Shown here in pieces: positions 1 to 12,270 of a stretch of DNA of 32,690 nucleotides. Each line of letters opens with the position of its first letter. Position 1 is the first letter of the stretch. A program made the position numbers and the translations under genes. The notes beneath the pieces are model-generated. The model worked only from the letters and a program-made list of their open reading frames with translations, was not told the origin of the DNA and did not search any database. Source of the DNA: Neolecta irregularis DAH-3 (taxonomy: Eukaryota); NCBI GenBank assembly GCA_001929475.1, contig LXFE01001385.1:1-32690 (forward strand), read 5' to 3'.

Positions 1-3000
1 AAGGAAAATTCTAAGATGGCCCACGCAGGTACATGGGTTATTGAAATAAAACTAATGCATAGTCCCGCCAACAATGTCGCCAATAGTATCTATGGATCGT
101 CCAGAGAGACCTGTAGATTCATTCGACGATACATTTGCTCTTTCTGATGGTGCAAGATCCTTTGGGGGAATTTCTCCAAGACCACCACAGCAGTCCAACA
201 TTTCTTTGCCTCTGATTACTGATCCAGTAAGGGAGAATACTTTAGAAACGTCCACCAAACCCTATTCGGAGGAATTTGAGGAGCATGTTGAAACAAAAAT
301 TAGCCCTTCAAGCGTTGTCCCTCCTGTTGTCACAACAACTAGCGAAACTTCCCTATCCAAATTGCTTCCTAACACCATGAAAATATTACAAGAATCACAA
401 ATGACATCCAAAGAATTTCAATTTGACATGGACCTTCCCTCTAAATCAGCAATGGAAGCAGGCTCTGTAACATCTATTGCAGAATCAGTTATTAGAACAA
501 ACGAATCATTCACACTCATTGCAACAGATACTCTTAGGGTCACCCCTCCAATGGGAGAACTGTTCAATAGTACATCGGAAGTTCTCGCTGCTCCCGCTTC
601 GCATGAAAACCTGGAGCGCGTAGACAGAGACTTTGTTCCTTCGAGAGTTGTCCCTTCTGGTGTCCCGACGAGTATTGAATCTTCGTTATTTAAATTGCTT
701 CCAGACACCAAAAGAATATTGCATGAATCACAAACACCATACAACGAGCTTCACCCTGATGAAATATTGGAGAGACCCTCCGAAACGTTGACAGAAGCAA
801 GATCAATAACATATATCACCGAGTCTGCTATTAGTACAAGCGCCTCATCTCAACTTGTCGATAGCTCTCACCGTAGTGAGACCGATCGTGAGATAATACA
901 TTATAATACCGAAAATTCGCGCTCTGAAAATGCAAACAGCGGAAACTCTATGTCATCGACAGTAATGCGACCATCGTCTGTCGCTCTAGGTTTTTACCCA
1001 CATCATCCCACCGACTATAGAGATCCGAGGAGCTCAATTCAATCCACCATGCGGGATCAAACTCCACCCATTTCCCAGTCTTCCGTATCTGTTGAAGCTC
1101 TTGATTCCCTCACCAATCCATCCCCAGTCACAAATGTCAATGCCTTGAATCCACCTGAGGGTATTGATTCCAGCTCAATCGGACCAGCCTTTTCCCTCAC
1201 TAGAGTCACACGCATGGAAAACTTTCCGTTGAGGAGACTTCTCAATAATGACAATTTACGAGAGCAGTCTATGCAGACTGTTTCTATAACGAGAGAACAG
1301 AAGTTTCCTTTGAATTTTCAATTGTCTACCTCCCTAGAAACGGCAGAATCAAGTGTGGTTATGTCTAGGTCAAAATATCCTTCCGGCAAAAGATTTGCAA
1401 CTTCAAGATCTCCTCAGTATTCAACCGACCTGGAAAATGAAGGTGTCGCTTTTTTTCCTACAGTTACTGTGCCCCTTACTATGGTTCCAACCATTGTTAA
1501 TGATATCAACATATCAATCTTTCCCAATCAGATTACCAGATCCAAATTGAAGTTTGCTGTTCAATCCATAACCTTGACAGAGTATTCCAAACCTCCTCAA
1601 GAGACTTCCATACTACAAACAGTACTGGTAGACCGAGGACAGGGTAAACCAATTCATTCTTTCTCTCTCTCATGAAACCAGGCCAATCTTATGGACAACA
1701 AATCGCTATCCCAAAATTCAGTCTTGATCAGTCATTGAAAACACAGATCCATCATACTAGTGTACAACCAGAAAACTCCGCTTTTGGCCACACTCAGGAG
1801 ACTATATCCGTATCAATATCTATAACCCCAAATGTAGATGGGAACTTGATTACAGAGTCACCGCTTGGGTTATCTCTCACTTCAGACGTAGTATCATTTC
1901 AGACAGCCGCTCCTGGCAAGATAAAGAGTTTCTTGTTTTTGGGTTCATCCTTCTTGAGTGCTTGCACTGATCATAGGTATCGACAATACCTCCTTATCCC
2001 CTAGGTCCACTATACCAAGTGTCAACAATGAAGATATTCTTGATCCAAAATACTCGAATAATTTAGGTATGCGCAAATTTCCGTCGGAAAAATGCTAATT
2101 TGCTAGCCCAACCAAATCCAAGAACTCAAGGGAAATATTACCGCAACTTTCACAAGCAAAACTATCCCAGAGAAATCGAACCCAGTCTATTGTACAAATC
2201 GATACAGGAGTCTGCCAATCTGACACCAACCAAAACATCAGTGTTAGATGGCTCCATGACGCCGGACTCAACTGCACTGGTATCTACCGACTTTCCATTA
2301 GCAAAGACATTCCGAGGATACACTTCTCAGAGCACAACTTCCGTTCTGACCTTCTCTGCAGATGATAGATTGCTGTCGCCATCAAATCTTAGAACTGAAT
2401 ATTACCCATCTTTTGCTCAAAACAAAGCTACCTTGTCGATGACAACACTGACGAAACAAACATCAGCTCCAATTTCTCCAAAATCCGAAGCTAGCAATGC
2501 GAATCGTTCTCCTAGAGCTTCACATAGAGAAAATGCGGACGTCGTTGTCGATGACATGAATACAAGCCAGCTACATGAGGTTGAAACCAAAGGAAGTCAA
2601 AGGCCTTCTCACATTCCCTCCGAAAGTCACTCTAATGATGCAAACGAAGGACTAGTTAGGATGAAAGACTCTGACATTGATCGAATAGCTTTGACATCAA
2701 TTTCATCAAAGCAAGGTCAAGGGAAAAGTTTATCAACTCCCAGTCCCTCCATTCAATCGAAGGATGATCAACGCCACGATATCATAGTTTCTCAAAACAC
2801 TGGTTCAAGACTGAAATTATCCAGCACCGAGAAAAACATGGATTCGCATCATGGACAAATAACTTTGAACGAGTCTAAACGAACCAAGGCCCAAGACATT
2901 CAACGGGACTTGAAAATTGTCTCTAACGATATCTCGAATGCCCCAGACCCATCACCAAGTCTCCACAAAGCGTTGAAGCCAATAGCGATATCTTGGTCTC

Positions 3001-3185
3001 ACTACGAAGAAGACGGGAAGAAATCTCAAACACATAGCCAAGGGCAAGACGTTAAAAGAACTTTGGAGCCAAAAGAGATATCCACCATCAATCATAAATC
3101 CCTCATTTATGATTCCTCTGCGGTCAAGGTCGCCTCTCAAAGTTTATTGCCTTCTGTCGCAATATTATTGGGACTGTTACTGTGA
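1..3185 (+). CDS. Large Ser/Thr/Pro-rich putative cell-surface (GPI-anchored-like) protein, probably 5'-partial
   Basis: Three ORFs (74-1675, 1672-2004, 2100-3185) join in frame via introns 29-62, 1644-1681, 1916-1976 (GC-AG) and 2067-2106. Low-complexity S/T content; hydrophobic C-terminus SSAVKVASQSLLPSVAILLGLLL resembles a GPI signal. The frame is open to the window start. Confidence 0.7.
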
Positions 3186-3355
3186 GACGCTTCATATATT
3201 AGATAGACATTAGAAAATACATTTTTGCGAGAATATTGGAAAGCGAGTTGTATCATCGAATATAAAAGATTTCCCCGATAACATTTTGTTTCTTTTACCA
3301 AGAATTGGGAGATTACAAACGAAGCCTTGTTTGAATAGGAATCGCCTTCAAACAC

Positions 3356-4706
3356 ATGATCCTAACCATGGGTGCTCTCTCGACCAACGCCAACCGTGGT
3401 CCTTTATTTCTTTACAACAGTCAAGTCGCACGTGGCAAGTTAAGATATGATAAAAATCAAGTCAGTACGGTTTTCAAATGGGATAATGTTGATTCAACAG
3501 GAATTCTGGAAATTCTACAAACTCTGTTCATAGAATTACAAATGTATAATCTCCCTCCGTTAATCGAACCATCGAGATCTCGCAGTCGGTCCTTTGTACT
3601 TAATTCCGATGATAAGCCATGTTAAATGATTAGTTGGACATATTTAGACGGAATCCAGTGGCTTCTCCTAAAGGCCTCTATTTACATGGTACAGTTGGAA
3701 CAGGAAAATCAATGCTCCTGAATCTCTTCCATGCTTCAATCCTAGGCTCATCACGTCTTCACTTTCACGAGTTTTTACGAAATTATCACCTTGAAACCCA
3801 CAAGTTAAAATCCCAGCATGGAATGGCTTTTAATGCAATACCACAGATAACGTATAACATCGCGGCCAAGTCTCGAATTTTATGCTTTGACGAATTTATG
3901 GTAGAAGACATTCAGTCTGCCATGATTCTACAGAGATTATTGGAAAGTTTGATTGATCGTGGAGTGGTGTTGGTTACCACGAGTAATCGACATCCTACGG
4001 ATCTATACAAGAACGGACTACAAAGAGATAATTTTATTCCCTGTATAAATCTACTTCTAGAAAGGCTTCGGATTGTGGACTTGAACGGACCCGATTATAG
4101 ATCAATGCGTGACTCCACAGTGACCACATCTCCGTATTACTTTCCTCTAGATGAAAACGCAGAGAAACACGCAGAAAAATGGTTTAAAAGGTACGCGGCC
4201 AATCAAGGACAACCGGAAAAGATCTTCATATGGAACAGAGCTATCACTGTTCCTCTAGCGTCTAGTAAAGTCGCGAAATTTACGTTTGCAGAGTTATGTG
4301 GATCGCCGCTAGCTGCTTCTGATTATTTCGAATTATGCCGCCATTACCAGATATTTGTGGTTACTTTGATACCCAAACTCTCTCTCGGACAGAAGGATTT
4401 GGCGAGACGGTTCATCACTTTTATCGACGCTCTATATGAATCTCATAGCAAACTGTTCGCTACTAGCGAGGTAGATTTGGAAGAAATCTTCGCCGGAGAG
4501 GCCACAACAGGACAAGATGCTGTCGAGTATGGAGAATTGGCGGATGATCATGGGGCAAGCATTTTGAAGACCAGTATATTTGTATGTCCTATCGTACAAT
4601 GCGATGACTAAATTTATAGACAGGCGAAGATGAAATTTTTGCATTCAAGAGGGCTAAAAGTAGGATTAGGGAGATGAAGCGAGATGATTGGAGACCGCTG
4701 GCTTAA
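3356..4706 (+). CDS. AFG1: AFG1/LACE1-family mitochondrial ATPase
   Basis: PKGLYLHGTVGTGKS (Walker A), RLHFHEF, LCFDEF (Walker B), TTSNRHPTDLYKNGLQR, ARRFITFIDALYE, and spliced C-terminus GEDEIFAFKRAKSRIREM. Introns 3465-3500, 3596-3633, 4582-4619. Confidence 0.92.
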
Positions 4707-4837
4707 TTTTGGATCGCTGGGTGCCTTAATTTGAATTTATCTTCGTGGCTGAGGTGTCCAACTCTCCGGTTTCCATTGTTCGCCAGGAGCTTTCGTTCGT
4801 TCTATGATTTATTAAGCTTCGAATTACTTGTCATGAT

Positions 4838-5354
4838 TCACAAACCTTGAAGTTCTTTTGCAGGTTCAAAGTCAACTTGTTTGATTCTATTTCCGTTCAG
4901 TCCATCTACTTTGGTTCCACTGCCCTCGAGTCCCTTGGTCTTTGCTCCAGACCACTTCTCGTCAATACATTGGGCGAGGATTTGAATTCTAGCAATTCGT
5001 TGACGGTCAGCGTGTAGTTCTGCCAAGGTTGGTGGGTCCCATCTTGTATACCGTAACCAGTTCAACCATTGTGCTACCATGTCATCAAAAGTCGCTCAAT
5101 CAGATGGTACGACTCATATTCCTCTCATAATCAACGAAATCTAGTTTTTCACGATGTTGAACCATCCGCCGGGGTTTATGAGCTCTAGCTAGACAACTAA
5201 GTCCTTGCGATAGTGAACCATTACGAGCTTTGACCTCCCAGTATGTCGACCCACTCAGGTCATAGCCTGCCAAAATCCTTTTTCGCCAAGGCAAGTTCAA
5301 AGCCTTCCACTTAATATAAAGACTTCGAATTATGGACGCAGAGGTAAGAAACAT
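4838..5354 (-). CDS. NDUFA12-family / NDUFAF2 (mimitin)-like complex I assembly factor
   Basis: LPWRKRILAGYDLSGSTYWE...PRRMV...SPQWLNWLRYTRWDPPTLAEL motifs; intron 5074-5110 joins the two ORFs. Confidence 0.85.
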
Positions 5355-5427
5355 TAACCAGCTGGCACGTGCCTTCGGCCTCCTATAGGAAATTTAGATA
5401 CAGAGAATCACGTCAGCAATCGTCCCC

Positions 5428-5913
5428 ATGTCGACGACTGCACTACCAGCATCTCAACATCGATTGTCCAAGTATCGGGGCGTAAGCATTTACCAAGGCG
5501 CTTATTTTGAGTTATAGGCATCTGTAGAAGATCTCCAGCTCTCTCCTGCTGTCTCAATTTTAGAATCAACATCCTTATCTGCAGCCTTATTACGGGCAAC
5601 AGATCGAGATTTTAGCCAAATTACTGTCTTGGATGAACGGGATCGCTCATTAAGAGGTTATCTCACTGATTCTCGTCTGCAAGAGCTTTTGAAAACCGAA
5701 AATCCAGACGAACCTGTTCAACGGTATATCACAGAATTTGACCGGGGACGAAAATATGTTCTCATTACACCCGACACAGATCTCGATGAATTGGAGAGGT
5801 TTCTGGAGAAAGAAGAGTTTGCTATTGTCACGGATGTCAATAGGAAATTTGTTCTCGGTGTTGCTACAAGAAGTGATTTGGAAGAATTTAATACACGGCG
5901 GCCAATGTTATGA
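5428..5913 (+). CDS. Small stand-alone CBS-domain-pair protein (fungal family resembling the cystathionine beta-synthase C-terminus)
   Basis: Spliced product MSTTALPASQHRLSKYRG|ASVEDLQLSPAVS...RDFSQITVLD...FAIVTDVNRKFVLGVATRSDLEEF; intron 5482-5517 (gtaagc..tag). Confidence 0.8.
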
Positions 5914-7461
5914 GGAGCAGGAAGCTCTGATTGAGGGCACTGTAGATACCCTCCCTAACTTGGGCCCAAACTTTTTTGTATTAATCACAGGCATTGAGAC
6001 ATTGATAGATTTGACAATCGCTAATTCCCCCGAAGCATGAAACACGCAGGATGCAGTTGTAGAGCTTTGCAGACTTGGAGGACTTGAATAAAAACGAAAA
6101 AAATGATTGTTAGACTCCTTTGCTGGATGAATATAGCATTCTTCACAAGTCCTACAAGCAAGCACGTTACTGAGAGGAAACAGAAATAGCCATGTCAGTT
6201 ATAGAAACCTAGACACCAACCAAAGAGAAAGCCAAACAAGAGACCCCTTTAAATATCCTCCAAAAGATTACTATATCGTTTTCGTACCACAAGCAAATGG
6301 CGTCCGCATTATGAAAACTAATGTGAAGATTCAACCAAGCTAGACTAAATTAACAACTCGGAAAGATTCGGAGCAGGCAGCAAGTTTGTGTTGAAGTTCA
6401 CGACGACATTGACCAATCAAAGAACCCGAAACCTAGATGATATGGATTTGTCGATGAGAGTAAACTAGCAACGGCTAAGAAACATCGCATCGCTGTTTCG
6501 GTCTACAAGCTTTGATATCTCTACTGTAGTGGAATCTGGCTATAACGAATGTGGCCTTCCAGGGTTTGAGTTCGTGAAAAGGAGGATTCGTTTGTGGTAA
6601 GTGACACATTTTTCAAACAATATCATCATAATCAAACCTTCCTCCACCTCACCGCATTATTAACTCACTACTACAATTCCCCTCAGCCTGTACCCTCAGT
6701 CACTACAGCATGCCATCGCTTAATGCTTAATACAAACCTTTGCATTTCCCCTCCTTTTTCGCTTTCTCTCACCGCCCAAAACACTCTGCCCCCCTTTTTC
6801 CCCTTCGTCCTATTTTCGAACCCTTCTCGCAATCAAATCGGGAGGCAATGAACTCCTCAATATCATCTGGTCTATCCTGCATCGCCAGACTCCTCTACTA
6901 GATTAGGAAAATTATGAATATCCATGGCATCATGGATATAAACCATATCTTATATGAGTTGGATTTCGGTTGTTATACCACAGTGAGAAGATCTCAGCGA
7001 AGATGATGCAGCAATAGGTCTATTGTATTGCTCAATAAGCCACTAGTCTAAAGATTTATATTCTAGATGAGGACTCAAGGGCTGGTGGGTACGAAGAGCA
7101 ATCTTTTGCTCATTTGTTATAGGGGAACTGTTTTTCATTTTAGAGAATTTTGAATTAATCTAACGAACTTGGTAGTAAGGTTGAAATTCGCTAGACCCAA
7201 TACCAATCAATTTTGGCAAGCAGTTGGGTTCGTTATAAGGAGGAATTTGTGGGGACTTAACCATGCCCCATGATCAGACGGCACCGGCACCTCCCATCGC
7301 AAGCCACGATGGCCACCCCAACGGTTCAAGAGTCACTGACTTCAACACTGACCAAAGCAGCCTGACTGTGGCAAGCAGTACCGCCGAACCAAGTCAGGAC
7401 GGTCACAAGCTTTGCCACCAGAGAGTATGCAGGAAGGCAAACAGAGATGAGGAAGCGCATG

Positions 7462-7673
7462 TGCAAGCATATACCCTTGGGTAGAGCTTACTATTACGGA
7501 AGGAAGGCTTGCAATAATATTGCGGCATTTTAATTTGTATTATATAGAGTAGATAGGCGTTCATTACCTTGCTAAGTTCAGTCACTTAGGCTAGGTATGT
7601 CCGCGGAAGTTCAGTCAGTTTGGCTAGTATAATAAAACCTGGTCTTATTCGAACTCGAGCTTCAACACTTACA
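7462..7673 (+). mobile_element. Solo LTR (212 bp) with 5-bp target-site duplication GCATG
   Basis: TG...CA termini (tgcaag...cttaca); GCATG at 7457-7461 and 7674-7678; TATA-like tract and AATAAA inside; homologous copies at 17486-17686 and 30781-31017. Confidence 0.9.
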
Positions 7674-8764
7674 GCATGTTCTAGTTATCTATAAGTATCT
7701 GGCTTAATCAGCAAGCCAGACCAAACTGGAGGATCCTTATAGCCATGTTCGACTGTATAAAGCTTTGCGCTTCACACGGAACGCAACATATCGCAAAGTT
7801 TTAGTACCCTCCATAGATCAATCCGCTCTCGCTTTTTAATAAAACAGCTCCCCGATAGAGAAATATAAAGAAACAAATACTGTTTGATTCTATACATGGA
7901 GTTTTCACCGCCAACCATATCTATAAAGTACCTTACGTTTTACGATACGAGCTCATCAAGTTCGCAATACCTTCACAATTTGATCAGACTACTTTGCGCT
8001 TGTGTTGAGCATCACGGGAATCTGTTGTTTAGCACTTTTCTCTATTTCCTTTTCCGGAACTGAGACACTGACGGCCAAAGATATTGCTGGCAGGATCATT
8101 CAAAGCAGTATTCCTTCCTCGAAGCTTTACCGACAAAACAAACTGATAATCGCATTGAATGACTGTTCTGGCTAAGCCAAGTCTGCTTATACAAAGGATA
8201 CGAAATAAATCCGACAAGTCGCTTCATACAGAAGCTATCGTACCTTTATTGCATTATTGAACTACAGTCCAAGAAAAGCATATCGCTGTTAGAATCGATG
8301 GGAGCAGGCGGTGTGGTTGAAAAGATGGATCGCAATGGACGGAAATGGCTTTCGCAGCCACTGCTCACCCATTCTGACAGGTCGACTCCACTTACCCATC
8401 CAAACCTGCGAGTTCTGGAGATGACAACAAATGTTGTACTACACTATAATTGGCGCATTCCGCTGTCCAGATTCTTCTTCCGGCTTACTTTCTTTCATCT
8501 GTTGCCTTTCGCCGATACTCGGCCGGATCCGGTCGTCAATACTCTCCTTTTCTTCCCGTATACCGTCTTTACAACAGATAGAGTGGAATATACCAAGGCT
8601 GGTCACTCGTTTATTTCCACCAGATCTACAACACTCTTTGGCTGAGCCTAAGCAATCAAGTTTTTCTCTCCCTGATATTACCGACTTTCATTATCAATCC
8701 CGTCACTATCTACCTTCCTTTCCCCAAGAATTTTCTGCTAGACAGCTTGTTATCTACTTGAGAG

Positions 8765-10081
8765 ATGTCTTCAATCATTGAACTTCAATTGCAAGATATA
8801 CACCCATCAATTCCCGACGGTCTCGATATTGAGGGTCTGTTTACGCAGTCAGGGAGCCTCCCGCTGTACTCTCCCGTGTTTGAGGGGTCTGCTATCACAG
8901 ATATTGAATGGTCCTCTGGGTGGGGCGACAACGATCTCGTCGATGCTTGTTCCGATGGTGCCGCCACACCAGCCTCGTTGTCCTGGCGGGAAGCCGCCTC
9001 ACCCACCGCAATGGTTGGATCATGCCGGAAGCAGAAGTCCAAGAAGCGACGAAATAGCCGCAAACAGCAATGGTCCGCCATGCCCCACAACGCCCTCTCC
9101 AGCCCCTATATGACTGAAGGTCGGTCGCTGCTGGACTCAGCGATTCCTCATTCGCCACCAGTTGCCCCTCTACTTTCATCGCTTCCGGAGTCGTTCACCT
9201 GTTTCCCGGATTCTCTTGGTGAAATTGATCAGAATAATCACAGTGTCCTCCCTGAATCACCACATTCGCCGGAAACGCTCGCAATTCTGCAAAGCTCTGC
9301 CTCGACACTGTTGCGAACGAAAGATTTAGACTCATCTAACCCCACTAATATGAATAACAAACATCTCAGCACAGTACGCCAACCCTATCCGGACACTGTT
9401 CATCCGCAGCACATATTCCTCGGAGAGACCTTCGCTGAAGACTCGTCCGCCATGCCTCGTTCGGAATCCGCTCCTGCGAGTACGATGCCTGAGCCCCCAT
9501 CCACACCCAAACGTCAAAAACCAAAACTCGTTGTACCAAAAGGTCCTTCCCGCAAGCGTTCATTTGATATCGAGGACGAGGATTACACTCCTACTAAGCG
9601 CAGTCGAGCCGAAGGGTTCCCCGTCTTCTCTATTCCCGACTACAATGATCTCCCATCCCCTTATGCTGCGCCTCTCACCACACACCTGAGTTCATACTCA
9701 GAGTATCCATTCGGTAGTCCAATTGATCCGTATATGAGTTACAACCAAGACGAGTACTACAGCAAGTATGCTCCTCTTTCCTCATATCACGCAATGCATA
9801 CACCACCCGCATCGCCTTTTTCTCAGATGGGATATTATCCTTCGATTCCAGAATATGCCCTCCCAACGATGGCATTTCCACCATCTCCGCCTCATAGCGC
9901 TTCCCGGAAATTAAGCATGCCGTTACCACCGAGAAAACGAAGTCGAAAATCTGGAAAAGCTGATGTCTTTATCAACTTCACACAGATGGACGGTCACGCT
10001 TTGTCTTCTGGTGTAGCACCAAGCGGAAGCTCCAAGTCAAGATCTTCGATTTCGCTCAAACGGATTCGATCAATTATTTAG
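8765..10081 (+). CDS. wetA: WetA-like developmental regulator (ESC1/WetA-type C-terminal domain)
   Basis: Intronless 438-aa Ser/Pro-rich ORF ending VFINFTQMDGHALSSGVAPSGSSKS, matching the conserved WetA motif FVNFTxxDxxxxxxGVAPSGSSK; basic NLS-like clusters. Confidence 0.78.
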   Translation: MSSIIELQLQDIHPSIPDGLDIEGLFTQSGSLPLYSPVFEGSAITDIEWSSGWGDNDLVDACSDGAATPASLSWREAASPTAMVGSCRKQKSKKRRNSRKQQWSAMPHNALSSPYMTEGRSLLDSAIPHSPPVAPLLSSLPESFTCFPDSLGEIDQNNHSVLPESPHSPETLAILQSSASTLLRTKDLDSSNPTNMNNKHLSTVRQPYPDTVHPQHIFLGETFAEDSSAMPRSESAPASTMPEPPSTPKRQKPKLVVPKGPSRKRSFDIEDEDYTPTKRSRAEGFPVFSIPDYNDLPSPYAAPLTTHLSSYSEYPFGSPIDPYMSYNQDEYYSKYAPLSSYHAMHTPPASPFSQMGYYPSIPEYALPTMAFPPSPPHSASRKLSMPLPPRKRSRKSGKADVFINFTQMDGHALSSGVAPSGSSKSRSSISLKRIRSII

Positions 10082-10333
10082 CCACTCCTTTAATTTCACT
10101 CTCTCTTTTCTACTCTGCTGTACAGCGTCACATTCACTAAGTTATTATTTCCTTATCTTTGTTATAATCTTGTGTTTTTCTAATCATTTGGGTCTGCCAA
10201 ATACCTTTGTATAGCTAGTTTCTAAATATTACTTGTCGTATAACAGATATCCTTCTCTTTTGAGTATTACCTTGAGTCACTCAAAAATGTCTTAAGACTT
10301 TCTTCCCCACCAACCATTATCGCCTCCGGCACT

Positions 10334-12270
10334 ATGTCTGATAGAGGCTCTAGCTCGCTTGCTGCTTTGTCTACCTGGGAACTGAGAGAAACTGTCGTTG
10401 ATTCCTTGGGTCCGCCAGCCAGCGATGCTAATATAGAACGTTACGATAGGGGAGATAAGAAGTGTTTCAACTGTGACTCTGAGCGTACGTGGCTTATCTG
10501 AAATTCTGTCAACCATTTAGAGCATATGTCGTGGAACTGTACCGAACCAATGAAACTGAAAGAAGGTCAAGCCTGTTTCAACTGTGGTAGCAATGGTGTG
10601 TTTTTCTTTGTGCGGCAGTTTTGAAGACCACAGAACATATGAAGCATGAATGTCCTGAACCAAAGAAAATTGGAAACTGCCGAAATTGCGGTATAGAAGG
10701 TGCACTTTGTCTTCTAGGTGTTCTTTGATTTCTGCAGGTCACTTGTCCAGAGAATGCCCTGAGCCTCGAAAGCCTCGTGAGGGCGAGATGTGCTTCAATT
10801 GCAATTCAACTGGCATGCACACCTATTCTAGATTCATCTCACTTGTCAGAGCATATTTCTAAAAACTGTCCCGTTCCAAAAAACGACGGAATTCCCATCC
10901 TTTCTGCAGAGGAGGCGTGGGCAGAACTTGTCAAAGCCGATGAAGCAAAGGATTCAGATGATGTTCAATTCGCGTTCGATATTTATAGCAAAGCTTGTCC
11001 GCAGGAATCTTTTCAGGAAATTGAAACGAAACTCCGCAATGCAAATATGAATACCAGACTCGTTTCCTTGAAGAAGGAGGAAATTCCTGCAAACAAGATC
11101 ATCTTGAACAATAAAAATGAAGAAGTTGAGTTCGTCCTTCAGTTTCAGATCGGTCCCAGAAATCGGCGAACTAAGTATTGTCCTTGAATCATATATTGTA
11201 TTCTTACTATTTGAAAGATCCACTGCCGGTGGGATTTCCAGCGACGCCGAAGAGAACTTTAAAAGGCTCTCGAAAACAGGAAGACTGGTTGATTGTCCAG
11301 TTCCTGTGTGTAACAATTGCAAGGAGAAAGTATCAGTTGCCAGTTTACACAATATACTGACAATTTAGGGACACTTAGGAAGAGTATGTCCCCTTCCAAA
11401 ACTTGGTATAAATTTGTTTAATCATGCTGTTCATATTTAGGAAGAACAGACCCACGTCCAACCGTTGCGTGTGTTAATTGCGGCGAACAAGGAATTTCTT
11501 ATCTAAATGTCATATACTTACCTTCAGGCCATCGAGCTCGAGATTGCGAGCTTCCTCTGCAGGATAATCTCGGCTCTTGTAGGTCTTGTCATAAATCAGG
11601 CCATAAATCCAAGGATTGTCCCACAATTTCGAGCGGCTCTATACCCGACGAGGGAAGGTATATATCTCGAGATTACCAACTGAATTCCAAAATTTCTGAG
11701 TATCCGAAACCACAGACTTATGACAGGTGCAACCTTGATGGCCATAAACAATGGGAACGTCCTCAAAAACATGAGATGAGGTGTCATAATTGCGACCAAG
11801 CTGGTCATAAAGCTTCAGACTGTACTAGACCTAGGAAAAAGAAATGTCGCGACTGCGGAGAAGAAGGTCATTACACCAAGGACTGCCCCAAGCATGCAGC
11901 TACTCCCACTGCCGGTTGGGGAAATGGTAATCTTAGAGCGTTTCAGGGCTATACACAGAGACATACTGTCAATGAGACTTGGGGCTCCAGGAATCCTTCC
12001 AACTATGACAATTGGGGTACAAAAGAAACACACACGTCTCCTGAGTGGGATTCAAACCCGCCCATGACTGCTACAACCCTTAACCATGGATGGGAACCGA
12101 GAGCGTCAAACACCAATAACTGGGGTTTAAGTTTTGGCAATCGTGCCGCCAAATCTCCCAGCGTTTCTGGAAAGGATAATACTTCCAGATGGGGTTCGAC
12201 TGCCAGTAACCAGCCAGGGGTTGCAGGTTGGAGAGCAGCTGCGTCGAAAGTCGAAAGTCGCTGGAACTGA
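10334..12270 (+). CDS. Multi-CCHC zinc knuckle nucleic-acid-binding protein (fungal CnjB-like family)
   Basis: About 9 CX2CX4HX4C knuckles after splicing, central EEAWAELVKAD...EENFKRL domain, Trp-Gly-rich tail. Introns 10485-10520, 10596-10633, 10700-10737, 10813-10849 (GC-AG), 11175-11217, 11330-11368, 11406-11440, and probably 11492-11527 (GA-AG). Confidence 0.85.
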
